Shown here: piece by piece, positions 45,617 to 54,701 of the stretch
Layout: each line of letters starts with the position of its first letter
Position numbering within the stretch: position 1 is the stretch's first letter
Source: a virus
Lineage: Duplodnaviria; Caudoviricetes
Virus record (IMG/VR): IMGVR_UViG_3300032223_002281
Span: 1 to 55,037 of that record
DNA: 55,037 bases
Direction: 5' to 3' (one strand)
The notes under the pieces: model-generated
Told to the model about the DNA's origin: nothing
The model's database searches: none
The model's input: only the letters and a program-made list of their open reading frames with translations
Program-made: the position numbers and the translations under genes

Positions 45617-46373
45617 AAGATCCATTTATCGTATCAATAACAATTGATATCAAATCTGGTTCTCTAGGTGTTTCATCAAAATATTTTTTAAGTTCTAACA
45701 GTGTTCCACGAACTACTTTTTCATTTGGTTTAGTTAAGTTATAACACAAAACCGCTTTTCTTTCTGCACCCAATATACCTAGCGCTTCTGATAAAAACTC
45801 TGGTATTTCAGTGTGATAGTTTGGTTTTCCATCTTTGCTTCTTTGTAAATTCCTTAACACAAATACCATTGGAGCATGCAGGTGCCGTCTTTCAAGTAAA
45901 TATTTCATTCTATCTTCTTTGGTAAAAGGCAAAAAAGATTCAAATGAAAAATTATGCATGCATCCAGCAACAGCAACCGCTGCTATAGCAACTGAAGGAC
46001 CAGGTGTAGCAGTGACTTCAAATCCATTGGCGATGGCTGTTTTTGTAATAAGTTCTCCTGGATCTGCAATCCCAGGCATCCCATCATCAGATATTACATA
46101 AACATCTTCACCAGATTCTAGTAATGCAATAATTTTATCCATGTTTTCTAATTCATAAGATTTTCCTGCTTCTCCACCATTTGAGTCCATCTCAATAGAT
46201 ATGATATTTACATCAGGTCTTTGCATGCCAAGAGCAGGCCAAATATTTTCAAACGCTTCTTCTCTTTCAATTACAATGTTTTTAGCATTTTTAATATATT
46301 TGTATGCTCTTACTGACATGTCTTCCCAGTTTCCAATTGGCATACCAACTAAATACAATTTTCCTTTATTCAT
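45606..46373 (-). CDS. rsmI: RsmI-like tetrapyrrole-methylase-family methyltransferase
   Basis: GKLYLVGMPIGNWEDMSVRA...SDDGMPGIADPG...PGPS. Confidence 0.8.
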   Translation of the reverse strand: MNKGKLYLVGMPIGNWEDMSVRAYKYIKNAKNIVIEREEAFENIWPALGMQRPDVNIISIEMDSNGGEAGKSYELENMDKIIALLESGEDVYVISDDGMPGIADPGELITKTAIANGFEVTATPGPSVAIAAVAVAGCMHNFSFESFLPFTKEDRMKYLLERRHLHAPMVFVLRNLQRSKDGKPNYHTEIPEFLSEALGILGAERKAVLCYNLTKPNEKVVRGTLLELKKYFDETPREPDLISIVIDTINGSFNV

Positions 46374-47334
46374 TAAAGATTAGTCCTTTTTTAATTAATT
46401 CATCTTTAAAACTTTTATACCAAAGTTCTTGTGCTATTTTTCCAGGATGACCATCTCTAAAACTGATATCATCTTTTGCTAATTTACCGTCAGGTCTAAC
46501 AATCTCTATAGTATTTTTATTAAATCTATATGCTTCAAAATATGTTGAATTAAAAAAGTTAGAGTTTGCAATGTTTTTATGTTCTTCTTTATCCCAAGTT
46601 GTCCACAAAAGTTTTGTTCCAACAGATTCACAATAAGCAATAAATAATGACATGGCAGATGCCCAATTTGGAAAAACAGCATGATGTTCTTGTCTCCAAT
46701 TTATAGGACTATATTCAACTTCATTTCTTTGCACATACTTCCACCTTATTTCAGATTCTTGCCATTCGTAATACCTTAATAAATTAGGGTGTAATACAAA
46801 ATAATAATCAGGTGCTCCATATTTTTCTACATAGACTTTAAAATTTAAAAATATTTGATGCCAACCATAACCACCTTTTGCAATACTAAAAAATCCACTG
46901 GTTTTAGTATGTTTAGATATATCTTTATATAATAAATAAGACCAGTTATCTTCAATATTTGAACCTACGCCTTCAGTATTTGAGCAACCGCCAAATAACA
47001 AATGCAAACCACCATGATCTTTTTTAAAATGATCAGATCTAAACAACTCATTATTAAATGAATAAGTAACTTCCCAATCTTCTTTTCCTTCTTGAATTCT
47101 TTCTGGTGGAATATGATTAAATATATAATAACCGTCTATATTTTTATAAATATACTTTTTATTTGTATCTGTTTCATCTCTTTTAATGATAGAAAAAACA
47201 AAGTTAGGAGAATCAATATCTCTTATCCACATAGTGTTAAACTTATTGGGATCAATAGTATCAAAAGGCTCTTTTAGTTTTGCCTCATTGTCTTTTATTA
47301 CAAATGTTGTTGATGATAAACTATCTTTATTCAT
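46366..47334 (-). CDS. SGNH-like protein
   Basis: GGCSNTEGVG...DGHPG. Confidence 0.55.
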   Translation of the reverse strand: MNKDSLSSTTFVIKDNEAKLKEPFDTIDPNKFNTMWIRDIDSPNFVFSIIKRDETDTNKKYIYKNIDGYYIFNHIPPERIQEGKEDWEVTYSFNNELFRSDHFKKDHGGLHLLFGGCSNTEGVGSNIEDNWSYLLYKDISKHTKTSGFFSIAKGGYGWHQIFLNFKVYVEKYGAPDYYFVLHPNLLRYYEWQESEIRWKYVQRNEVEYSPINWRQEHHAVFPNWASAMSLFIAYCESVGTKLLWTTWDKEEHKNIANSNFFNSTYFEAYRFNKNTIEIVRPDGKLAKDDISFRDGHPGKIAQELWYKSFKDELIKKGLIFNE

Positions 47335-47467
47335 TATAACTCCCGTAGTTCATTTTAATAAGTATAGCATATGGTACAATTATTGCATGATAAAAAAAAT
47401 TATTAAATGGTATAAAATTAAAAAAGCAGTAAAAGAAATTAATAAACCAAAAAAATATATATATTAA

Positions 47468-47614
47468 TTAGCGTTCTGATTTTGGTTTTAGTTGTGTTGT
47501 TTTAACATAATAAGGTTCTATTTTTGCTTTTATAGTACCATCTTTACGAATTTTTACAATCCAACCATCTTTAATTACAGTATCATTAAAAGATTGCGCT
47601 TTTCTTTTTGGCAT
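47468..47614 (-). CDS. Small basic protein
   Basis: MPKRKAQSFN...IKDGWIVKIRKDGTIK. Confidence 0.5.
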   Translation of the reverse strand: MPKRKAQSFNDTVIKDGWIVKIRKDGTIKAKIEPYYVKTTQLKPKSER

Positions 47615-47615
47615 T

Positions 47616-48335
47616 TTATAACTCGTATTTTTTTCTGGTTGGTTTAATGTTTCTAAAATTAAAGAAAGAATCTGATTTCTTCCAATCATCTGGCAGATTT
47701 GCTGTTAAACCTAGTGCTGCTGCTCTTCTTTTTATATGAGCCTTTGCTGCTTCAGGATTTTTTGCTCTTCCATAAAGCCTAATAGCATTAGCAAGATCTT
47801 TTGCATTTGCAATTGGAAATGATCCATCTGGCATTGCTGCTCCAGAAGAAGCCATTGCCCGTCTTTGATGAGTATTGAAATCTCTTTTGCCTAACTCAGA
47901 GTTTTGAGTTTCCATATCTTGACCACAATCTGGACAAGAAGCACAGTTTGTATTTAGCATCATACATGTTTCACAATCGCATCCATCATATTCTGGTGTT
48001 TGATATGTTGGTGTTGGCAATATTTCATTGTCTGATTTTATAGTCCAAATATCAACAACTCTTTTATCATGTACTCCTCCGCCAACTTGTCTTCCAAAAT
48101 TTAACATATACTGTGGTCGTTTCATTCCTACACTTGGATTAATAGATGAAGATGGGCTTGCAGGAGTTGGATCTGTTGCTATTGGATTATAAGCAACATC
48201 CATTGGCGTATCTGCTTTTTTTGATGGAATACAATTTGGAACCATTTTTCCACCTTGTCTTTTCATTCCACGTTGAACGTACCCTTCCCAACAGGGATCA
48301 TTTTTAGAAATTGGTTCTGGACAACAAGATGACAT
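47616..48335 (-). CDS. Multidomain phage protein with C-terminal DUF6582-like domain
   Basis: CWEGY...VPNC; Cys cluster; DGSFPI...NAIRLYGRA...IKRRAAALG. Confidence 0.6.
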   Translation of the reverse strand: MSSCCPEPISKNDPCWEGYVQRGMKRQGGKMVPNCIPSKKADTPMDVAYNPIATDPTPASPSSSINPSVGMKRPQYMLNFGRQVGGGVHDKRVVDIWTIKSDNEILPTPTYQTPEYDGCDCETCMMLNTNCASCPDCGQDMETQNSELGKRDFNTHQRRAMASSGAAMPDGSFPIANAKDLANAIRLYGRAKNPEAAKAHIKRRAAALGLTANLPDDWKKSDSFFNFRNIKPTRKKYEL

Positions 48336-48790
48336 TACTCATTCTCCACATTTTTAAGTGAAGCACGTAACTGCCAATTCCATTTTTGTAATGCTGTTTG
48401 ACGATCTGCTAAGAAATTAGCCACACCATTTTGTTTTATTTCTGTAGCAACATCAAAATATTGTACATACTTTGCAATTGCAATATCAAAAGAATCGCAA
48501 AGATCTGCAATCATTGACATTGGATCAGAAGTAACTTGAGTTTCTGGAATAGAACTGAGTGCAGCCAAGCGAGAAAGGGCAAATGGTGCGTAAGAGTTCA
48601 CATCAATCATACGAATCCATTCAGCAAAAGTATCAATTGAATCATCAAGATCTTCATAGATTTCTAATAATTTTTCATGCCATTCAGGAAAATCTTCTCC
48701 TTCAACATTCCAGTGGTATCCGTGTGCTTTAAATTTAAGAGCCACCGCATCTGCTGTAAGTCCTTTTAGCGCATCAACTAGTTCATTCAT
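48335..48790 (-). CDS. dps: Dps ferritin-like protein
   Basis: HGYHWNVEGEDFPEWH...D.FAE.IR...W.L. Confidence 0.88.
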   Translation of the reverse strand: MNELVDALKGLTADAVALKFKAHGYHWNVEGEDFPEWHEKLLEIYEDLDDSIDTFAEWIRMIDVNSYAPFALSRLAALSSIPETQVTSDPMSMIADLCDSFDIAIAKYVQYFDVATEIKQNGVANFLADRQTALQKWNWQLRASLKNVENE

Positions 48791-48814
48791 GATTTAATTA
48801 TACCACGTTGTTTG

Positions 48815-48885
48815 CTTCTCATCATGGATTCGAACCACGATTCTCGCCTCCAAAGGGCGATGTCTTGCCGTTAGACGAATGAGAA
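48815..48885 (-). tRNA. tRNA-Gln(TTG)
   Basis: U1-A72, G73; TCGCC-CTTTGGA-GGCGA. Confidence 0.92.
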
Positions 48886-48886
48886 T

Positions 48887-48963
48887 TGGTAGGGCAGGTG
48901 GGACTTGAACCCACGACAACCACCTTATAAGAGTGGTGCTCTAACCAACTGAACTACTGCCCT
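48887..48963 (-). tRNA. tRNA-Ile(TAT)
   Basis: AGGGCAG/CTGCCCT, A73, CCA; CCACT-CTTATAA-GGTGG. Confidence 0.9.
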
Positions 48964-49227
48964 TGGTTTACGCACCAAATAATACCATCACGCATTTCTT
49001 GATGAGTTTCCCAAAAGTCTGAATCATTGGAATCATCTAAACATTTCATGCAAGTTTTAATATTATTGTTTGATGCGTCAATAAAATCAGAACGCATTAG
49101 TCTTGATCTACTTTATATGTCATTGCTATATAGCATGCAACGTACCCCATTATAAAAGCGGGTATTAAAAACAGTGCGTGAATCATAATTCTCCTTTATT
49201 GTATATTACTATTATAGACTATAACAG

Positions 49228-49494
49228 TTATGCTGTCAATCTATTATGAGTTCTTATCCTATGGCAATTTGCACAAACAACTTCACATTTTGCAATTTCT
49301 TTTTTAATTGCTGACCAAGAAAAACCATCATGAATCATTCTTGATATATTATATTTTTTATCTCTTAAATGGTCAAAATCTAAAACTATATGATTTGATT
49401 CTCCGCAATCAACGCATCCAGAATCTTCTTTAATCTTAGCAAGTTTCTTTTTATATTCTTGCTTATTATAAGTTTCTAACTCTTTGTTAGTCAT
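49228..49494 (-). CDS. HNH endonuclease-like protein
   Basis: CVDC...DFDH...CANCHR.R; leaderless promoter. Confidence 0.8.
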   Translation of the reverse strand: MTNKELETYNKQEYKKKLAKIKEDSGCVDCGESNHIVLDFDHLRDKKYNISRMIHDGFSWSAIKKEIAKCEVVCANCHRIRTHNRLTA

Positions 49495-49519
49495 TAATAT
49501 TATTATACCGCTAAATATT

Positions 49520-49640
49520 AAGAGCCTCACGTAGGCAATTCAAGCACTATGGCCCAGGTCATATAGAATAGGTAACTAAGTCCATCCTAAGGTCCTACGT
49601 GAGGCATGCCAGATATTTATTGTCGCTGTCTCCCCCGACA
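49520..49640 (-). ncRNA. Candidate ~120-nt structured ncRNA
   Basis: TGGTATAAT promoter directly upstream; 12-bp stem GCCTCACGTAGG/CCTACGTGAGGC; no convincing ORF. Confidence 0.5.
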
Positions 49641-49646
49641 ATTAAA

Positions 49647-50354
49647 TTATACCAGAAGTTGTTTAAAAAGCCAATCACCATCTACAGGTGATGGATTGTA
49701 GGTTTCCATATCGTACTCTGGGAATATCTTTTTAACCTCTGATGCTATCTCTTGAGATACAATCGTTTTCCATAAGTTAGGATCTCCAAGAAATACTATG
49801 CCATCATTGTACTTCTTTTTACTCTTTTCAATATCTTTTAAGACAACCTTGGCTCCAACATAATCGCTAAGCCTATGTAATTCTTCTGTATTGCCTAAAA
49901 CTAGTTTATCAAAACTAAAGCATTCTCCGTGCTTAGACCAATCTGAGGTGATCTCCCTGTAACTAGAAAACTGTCTACTACCAATATAAGACAAGAACTG
50001 CTCTGAATTTGGTAGCATAGTCTTAAATAAATCAAAATTAAACATCTTGTTATCTGGCCAGTCAGGTGAAAAGCCTCTGTTGTGCATAAACAAAATAGAA
50101 AGTGCTTGACCAATAGGATGTCTTTCTGTTGTAATTATTTTATTTAACTTAGCAAATTCAAATAATCTTTCATCATTGTTATGTGCATGAATTCCTATCA
50201 CAGCATTTGATCTATTTTTTACCGTTGGATTATCCCAAAAATTTTTATCATATTTTGTAAAACGTGTTGAATAGGATTTAGTTGCAAAGCCAATTGAGTC
50301 TACAAGTAGATGAGTTCCACATCTAGGTGGTGTTGATATAAAAAAACCAGGCAT
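49647..50354 (-). CDS. Sulfotransferase-like protein
   Basis: FFISTPPRCGTHLL; ERHP...S. Confidence 0.65.
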   Translation of the reverse strand: MPGFFISTPPRCGTHLLVDSIGFATKSYSTRFTKYDKNFWDNPTVKNRSNAVIGIHAHNNDERLFEFAKLNKIITTERHPIGQALSILFMHNRGFSPDWPDNKMFNFDLFKTMLPNSEQFLSYIGSRQFSSYREITSDWSKHGECFSFDKLVLGNTEELHRLSDYVGAKVVLKDIEKSKKKYNDGIVFLGDPNLWKTIVSQEIASEVKKIFPEYDMETYNPSPVDGDWLFKQLLV

Positions 50355-50392
50355 ATAAAAAGTATACCAGAAACACCTATGGTATAATTATT

Positions 50393-51112
50393 ATGAGCAA
50401 AGGAAGTGTTATGGATCAAGTTAGATTAGACAATGCAAAACGTGGTGTCACAGTAGATAACAAGGGAAACGAATTTTCTTTTACATCACCTATTCCTGGT
50501 GTACATATTTATGATAACATCTGGCCAGATTCAGATGCATTTTTTGAAAAATTATTAACTCCAGAATTTTGGGAAACTAATAAAGATATTCCTGGAGCAA
50601 GAAAATGGGTACGTGAAGATTTTTTTGATGATGTAGAATACACAAAAGAAAATGGAAAGCAATCAGATACTTGTTGGGTTTATTCTTACCCAGAGGCAAA
50701 TGATGCCTTTAGAGATGTGGTAAATTCTTATGTATATCATTGGAACCTAGATCCAAGAAGTAGAGAAAGTCTTAGAATTTCTAGATTTTCAAATGGGGAG
50801 TTCTTTGGGGCACATGCAGATGATACATTTTCAACACCAAGAACTGTATCTTTAGTTTATTATCCAAATGATGACTATGAAGGTGGAGAACTAGAGTTTA
50901 TTCACTTTGGTGTAACAATCAAGCCTAAAGCAAAACAATTATTTATTTTTCCTTCTGGATATTCATATGAACATAGAATTACAGAGATTAAAAATGGAAA
51001 TCCAAGATGGACAATAGTTTCATTTTTAGAATTTGGCGATGATGCTGAAACAACACGCAGACGCAAAAACTTAGAATTTCCATATAAACCAATATTTAAA
51101 GAACTTTTTTAA
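50393..51112 (+). CDS. P4H-like 2OG-Fe(II) oxygenase
   Basis: HAD...YPNDDYEGGEL...HRI...RW. Confidence 0.85.
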   Translation: MSKGSVMDQVRLDNAKRGVTVDNKGNEFSFTSPIPGVHIYDNIWPDSDAFFEKLLTPEFWETNKDIPGARKWVREDFFDDVEYTKENGKQSDTCWVYSYPEANDAFRDVVNSYVYHWNLDPRSRESLRISRFSNGEFFGAHADDTFSTPRTVSLVYYPNDDYEGGELEFIHFGVTIKPKAKQLFIFPSGYSYEHRITEIKNGNPRWTIVSFLEFGDDAETTRRRKNLEFPYKPIFKELF

Positions 51113-51114
51113 AC

Positions 51115-51161
51115 AAAAAAATAGGCTAGAGGCGTTGTTTCCCCTAGCCTATTAATTTTTT
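51115..51161. terminator. Bidirectional terminator
   Basis: AATAGGCTAG / CTAGCCTATT hairpin flanked by A and T runs, between convergent genes. Confidence 0.75.
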
Positions 51162-51162
51162 A

Positions 51163-51441
51163 TTACTTTTTAACTACAGCCTTCTTTGCTACTGTCTTTT
51201 TGGCAGGAGCCTTCTTGACTGTAACATTCTTAACTGCAGCATCAACTTCAGCAACTGCTGGAAGTCTTCCAAAAGCCTTATCGTTTGGATTAACTGCTCT
51301 TAATGCAACTGGTGCAAGCGCAGCAACCAAAGAATAAGCAAGCGTCTTAGGATCTGTTACACCAGACATATAAAGTGCAATTGCTGCACCCAATACTGAT
51401 CGTCCATATGATGCTAATAGTGCCTTCATCTTTTCATTCAT
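51163..51441 (-). CDS. Holin-like membrane protein with Lys/Ala tail
   Basis: Two hydrophobic segments; NPNDKAFG; KKAPAKK tail. Confidence 0.55.
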   Translation of the reverse strand: MNEKMKALLASYGRSVLGAAIALYMSGVTDPKTLAYSLVAALAPVALRAVNPNDKAFGRLPAVAEVDAAVKNVTVKKAPAKKTVAKKAVVKK

Positions 51442-51451
51442 ATTATTCCTC

Positions 51452-51610
51452 CTAGGATATAACGTTTGTTAGTACTGTAAAACCAATCCATAAACCAATA
51501 ATTCCTGCGACTCCCGCAAAAACTGGTGGTGCTGGGACTGGCAATTTGAATGCTGCGAAAACTACGCCACATCCAAAACCTGTTAGTGTTGATAGTATTA
51601 CATCTTTCAT
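51452..51610 (-). CDS. XapX/DUF1427 small membrane protein (not in ORF track)
   Basis: GVVFAAFKLPVPAPPVFAGVAGIIG. Confidence 0.75.
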   Translation of the reverse strand: MKDVILSTLTGFGCGVVFAAFKLPVPAPPVFAGVAGIIGLWIGFTVLTNVIS

Positions 51611-52032
51611 TTAAAAAACTCCTCTTTTGGCAATAAAAATTTTAACTCTTCTATTGCATTGGCTAGTGTATCTATGTGTGTTTTATATGGCTCAATTTCC
51701 ATTGAACCAAATCTATTATGGTAGTCTATTGTAGACTCAGTGTCAGTTAAAACCTTATTAATTACTTTTTGAACATCTTCGATATAACCAAATGCCCAAT
51801 CTCTAGACTGTGTTACAAAATTTAAAAATCCTTCAGTCTTTTCAATGTGTTGACTATCTTTTTGATCAAGCAATGTTTTAAAAACTTGATTTTGTTGCAT
51901 AACATCAATCATTTGTGATTTTAACTTTGTATTTTTATTTTTAACTATTGTTAAATTAATTAAAATAAAAGCAAACATGGCAACAAATATAAAGACTACA
52001 AAGTAATCCATAAAACTATTCACTGACTCCAC
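51607..52032 (-). CDS. Membrane-anchored hypothetical protein
   Basis: N-terminal TM; SRDWAFGYIE. Confidence 0.55.
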   Translation of the reverse strand: MESVNSFMDYFVVFIFVAMFAFILINLTIVKNKNTKLKSQMIDVMQQNQVFKTLLDQKDSQHIEKTEGFLNFVTQSRDWAFGYIEDVQKVINKVLTDTESTIDYHNRFGSMEIEPYKTHIDTLANAIEELKFLLPKEEFFK

Positions 52033-52252
52033 CCTCTCTAACTAGCATTACTACTGCACCATTATCTTCTAAAGCCTTTTTAACCTTTATCATATATTCT
52101 ACAGCATAAACCTTTTCTTCGCCAGTTAATTGCATAAAATCTTTTTCTTTTGCTAATACTGTTAAAAAAAATTCATCGTCTATAATGCTAACGCTAAATC
52201 TAGGTGGTGCAGGAATAGATCTAAAAGCCCTTTTCATTGAATCCGTATACAT
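52016..52252 (-). CDS. Hypothetical protein
   Basis: Coupled ORF. Confidence 0.55.
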   Translation of the reverse strand: MYTDSMKRAFRSIPAPPRFSVSIIDDEFFLTVLAKEKDFMQLTGEEKVYAVEYMIKVKKALEDNGAVVMLVREGGVSE

Positions 52253-52890
52253 TACTGTTTAATCCTAAAATTACCCCATTTAGAAAATTTGGTAACCACC
52301 TTATCATCTAAATCAGGATATAAATCCAAATGATTCCATTGTGAAATATCAACAAAAGATGCTTTGGCAATAGCATCGCTTTCATTTTCGGCAAAAACAT
52401 CCAGTTCGTATTCATCTAAAATAGAAGAAATTACTGTATATTTATTTTTTCCATCTAACAAGCCTTCTTTATTATTTGAATATGTAGCATTGCCAATAAC
52501 AAAATAATCATTGTCTTTTTTATTAATTCTAAACTTAAAGTTAGTAGGAAACATTAAAAAACTTCCTGCACCTAAAACATAGGTTCTGTCATTAATTAAA
52601 AGATCTACTAATAACTCTCCTTTTAAATTAATAATAAAAGATACTTTAGGTAAAATCATGCCTTCTTTGTATATAGAAAATTTAACAGAATTTTTTTCTG
52701 CATATTTACCATTTACTGATCCAAGAATTTCCTCTTTAAGATCTGCAACAAGTTTAGAATTTTCTTGTCCATACTTGTCAATATCATCTATAATTGATTT
52801 TACTTGATCCTCATTTAATAAAAAGTCTACAAGGTGAATATCATTAAACTTTAATCTGACATTGTTAGGCTGTTCCATGTATTCCACCAA
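52252..52890 (-). CDS. Hypothetical protein, possibly degenerate DSBH fold
   Basis: GSFLMFPTNF but no HxD/H triad. Confidence 0.45.
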   Translation of the reverse strand: MVEYMEQPNNVRLKFNDIHLVDFLLNEDQVKSIIDDIDKYGQENSKLVADLKEEILGSVNGKYAEKNSVKFSIYKEGMILPKVSFIINLKGELLVDLLINDRTYVLGAGSFLMFPTNFKFRINKKDNDYFVIGNATYSNNKEGLLDGKNKYTVISSILDEYELDVFAENESDAIAKASFVDISQWNHLDLYPDLDDKVVTKFSKWGNFRIKQ

Positions 52891-53135
52891 TCTTCTTTTT
52901 TCCTATGATTATTAAACTCTCTTGAAATTGATCCACCTTCTAAGTAAACACCACCCCAAACGCCCCATTCTTTTCCTGTAACACCAACTGCAAAACAATT
53001 TTTGCTTATTGGACAGTTAGCGCATAGTTTATCTATTGCTGGTCTTAGAAGTTCATCTTCTTCATATTTATCAAAAAAAAGATTTGTATCATAATCCAAG
53101 CATAGAGCATCGTCTTTCCACTCATGCTTTTTCAT
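52851..53135 (-). CDS. whiB: WhiB-family Fe-S transcription factor
   Basis: W...ALC...FF...CANCP...C...EWGVWGG. Confidence 0.9.
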   Translation of the reverse strand: MKKHEWKDDALCLDYDTNLFFDKYEEDELLRPAIDKLCANCPISKNCFAVGVTGKEWGVWGGVYLEGGSISREFNNHRKKEDWWNTWNSLTMSD

Positions 53136-53138
53136 ATT

Positions 53139-53387
53139 TTAACCCGCAAACTTTGATGGAATATCCCAACCATTTTGGCTTGGTTCATAGCGAGTTTGAA
53201 TGTGCCACTTTGAATTAAGCAGTGCACCATTTTTTGATGTTCTTCCTCGTTCAGAAGGAATTGAATTAATTACAGTCCAACCATCCCAAGACAATGTTTT
53301 GTTTGATTTTACAATTGTTTCCATTGTTTCTAAATCTTTAATAATCATATTCTTTTCCATTCTAGTATCTAAATATTCCAACTTCAA
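53139..53387 (-). CDS. Hypothetical protein
   Basis: LSWDGWTV; start probably nearer 53350. Confidence 0.5.
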   Translation of the reverse strand: MKLEYLDTRMEKNMIIKDLETMETIVKSNKTLSWDGWTVINSIPSERGRTSKNGALLNSKWHIQTRYEPSQNGWDIPSKFAG

Positions 53388-53724
53388 TATTATTATCTTC
53401 AGCCACTTTGACTAAATGAGATGCATTTTCTTTTGGTTGACTAAAAAATGCTAAATAGTTTATTGCTGATATATTTTCTTCAATCCAACTTGGTGGAACT
53501 TTAAAAGATCTAATTTTTTTACCACGAGATTTCATACCACGTTCTGATATATTAACAAATTCAGAAACCATTGAATTAATTTTTACAGGACCAGCGGTAT
53601 ATAAATCAAAAAATTTGTCTTCTGATGGCATGCTGGACATAGCAACACCCATGGCTCTTAAAAATACATTGTAGTCTTCAAAACTACTAGTACCTTGGAC
53701 CCCGACTATCATTGTTATCCCCAT
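53362..53724 (-). CDS. Hypothetical protein (weak SLOG/YspA-like)
   Basis: IVGVQGTSSFEDY...AEDNNIEV. Confidence 0.45.
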   Translation of the reverse strand: MGITMIVGVQGTSSFEDYNVFLRAMGVAMSSMPSEDKFFDLYTAGPVKINSMVSEFVNISERGMKSRGKKIRSFKVPPSWIEENISAINYLAFFSQPKENASHLVKVAEDNNIEVGIFRY

Positions 53725-54115
53725 CTCTTAATTGATCTATAATAAATAGCATCTTATCTAATTGTACCTTATCCATACTCATTGTGTCAACTACCGACGT
53801 AGTCTCTTTGTCTACCCCGTCTTGAGTCATTTTAGCAGTATATAAGGTATTATCTTTAACCCAAAATGCTTCACCATCTACAATAATTACTTTTAAATTA
53901 GTTTTATTAAAATGATTAATTGATTGAGTTTTTTTATTTGGTTTTTTTATTCCACCTATATATGGACTAACTAAATGATGAATATTTTTTTGACTATATC
54001 TATATGGATTTTTTGCATTTTCTATTGTAAACCTTGTCGAAGCAAAACGTGCAACAATAAAAAAAATAAATAATGTAGAAAAGAAACCAAGAAAATAATT
54101 ATCTAAAGCATTCAT
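53687..54115 (-). CDS. Membrane-anchored hypothetical protein
   Basis: N-terminal TM. Confidence 0.55.
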   Translation of the reverse strand: MNALDNYFLGFFSTLFIFFIVARFASTRFTIENAKNPYRYSQKNIHHLVSPYIGGIKKPNKKTQSINHFNKTNLKVIIVDGEAFWVKDNTLYTAKMTQDGVDKETTSVVDTMSMDKVQLDKMLFIIDQLRDGDNNDSRGPRY

Positions 54116-54127
54116 GTATCAAGTATA

Positions 54128-54463
54128 TCAGCGTTCTGTTAACATTATTCTTATGATTTCTTTAATCATAGATTTTTTTGAATCATCTAGTTTACTAACA
54201 TCATTAGCACTAAATGCTTTAAATGTAAGTGTAACTGTAGGATTTTGTTCCATAGGATCAAAGTTAATAAAACCTTCTTCCCATAATGACATTAACTCCT
54301 CATGAAACATTGCTTGCTGAGATTCATAGAGTTCTGGAGAAAACTCTTTAAGTTTATTAGTAAACTTATAAAGAGGTTCCCCAGAATCCATGTCAATAGC
54401 GGTTATTTCTAACGCACCATTTAGTATTAATGTTTCTATAAAATCGTCTTCACTCATTAACAA
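54128..54463 (-). CDS. Hypothetical protein
   Basis: 111-aa coupled ORF. Confidence 0.55.
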   Translation of the reverse strand: MLMSEDDFIETLILNGALEITAIDMDSGEPLYKFTNKLKEFSPELYESQQAMFHEELMSLWEEGFINFDPMEQNPTVTLTFKAFSANDVSKLDDSKKSMIKEIIRIMLTER

Positions 54464-54701
54464 ACTCTAAAAATTGTTCTTTGGTTTTTGCACCATTCAT
54501 TCGTTTTACTTCTTTTCCATCTTCCATTAAAATATAAGTAGGAATTGAACGAATTGCAAAGTTTTTTACCATATCAACTTCAGAATCAGCATCAATAAAT
54601 TGAAAATTAATAATGCCATCACGTTTTAATTCTTCAGCAATTGGTTTTGTTCTTTGACAAGGATTACACCATTCTGCTGTAAAATAAAGTACATGCTTCA
54701 T
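54450..54701 (-). CDS. Thioredoxin
   Basis: FTAEWCNPC...IRSIPT. Confidence 0.9.
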   Translation of the reverse strand: MKHVLYFTAEWCNPCQRTKPIAEELKRDGIINFQFIDADSEVDMVKNFAIRSIPTYILMEDGKEVKRMNGAKTKEQFLEFVNE

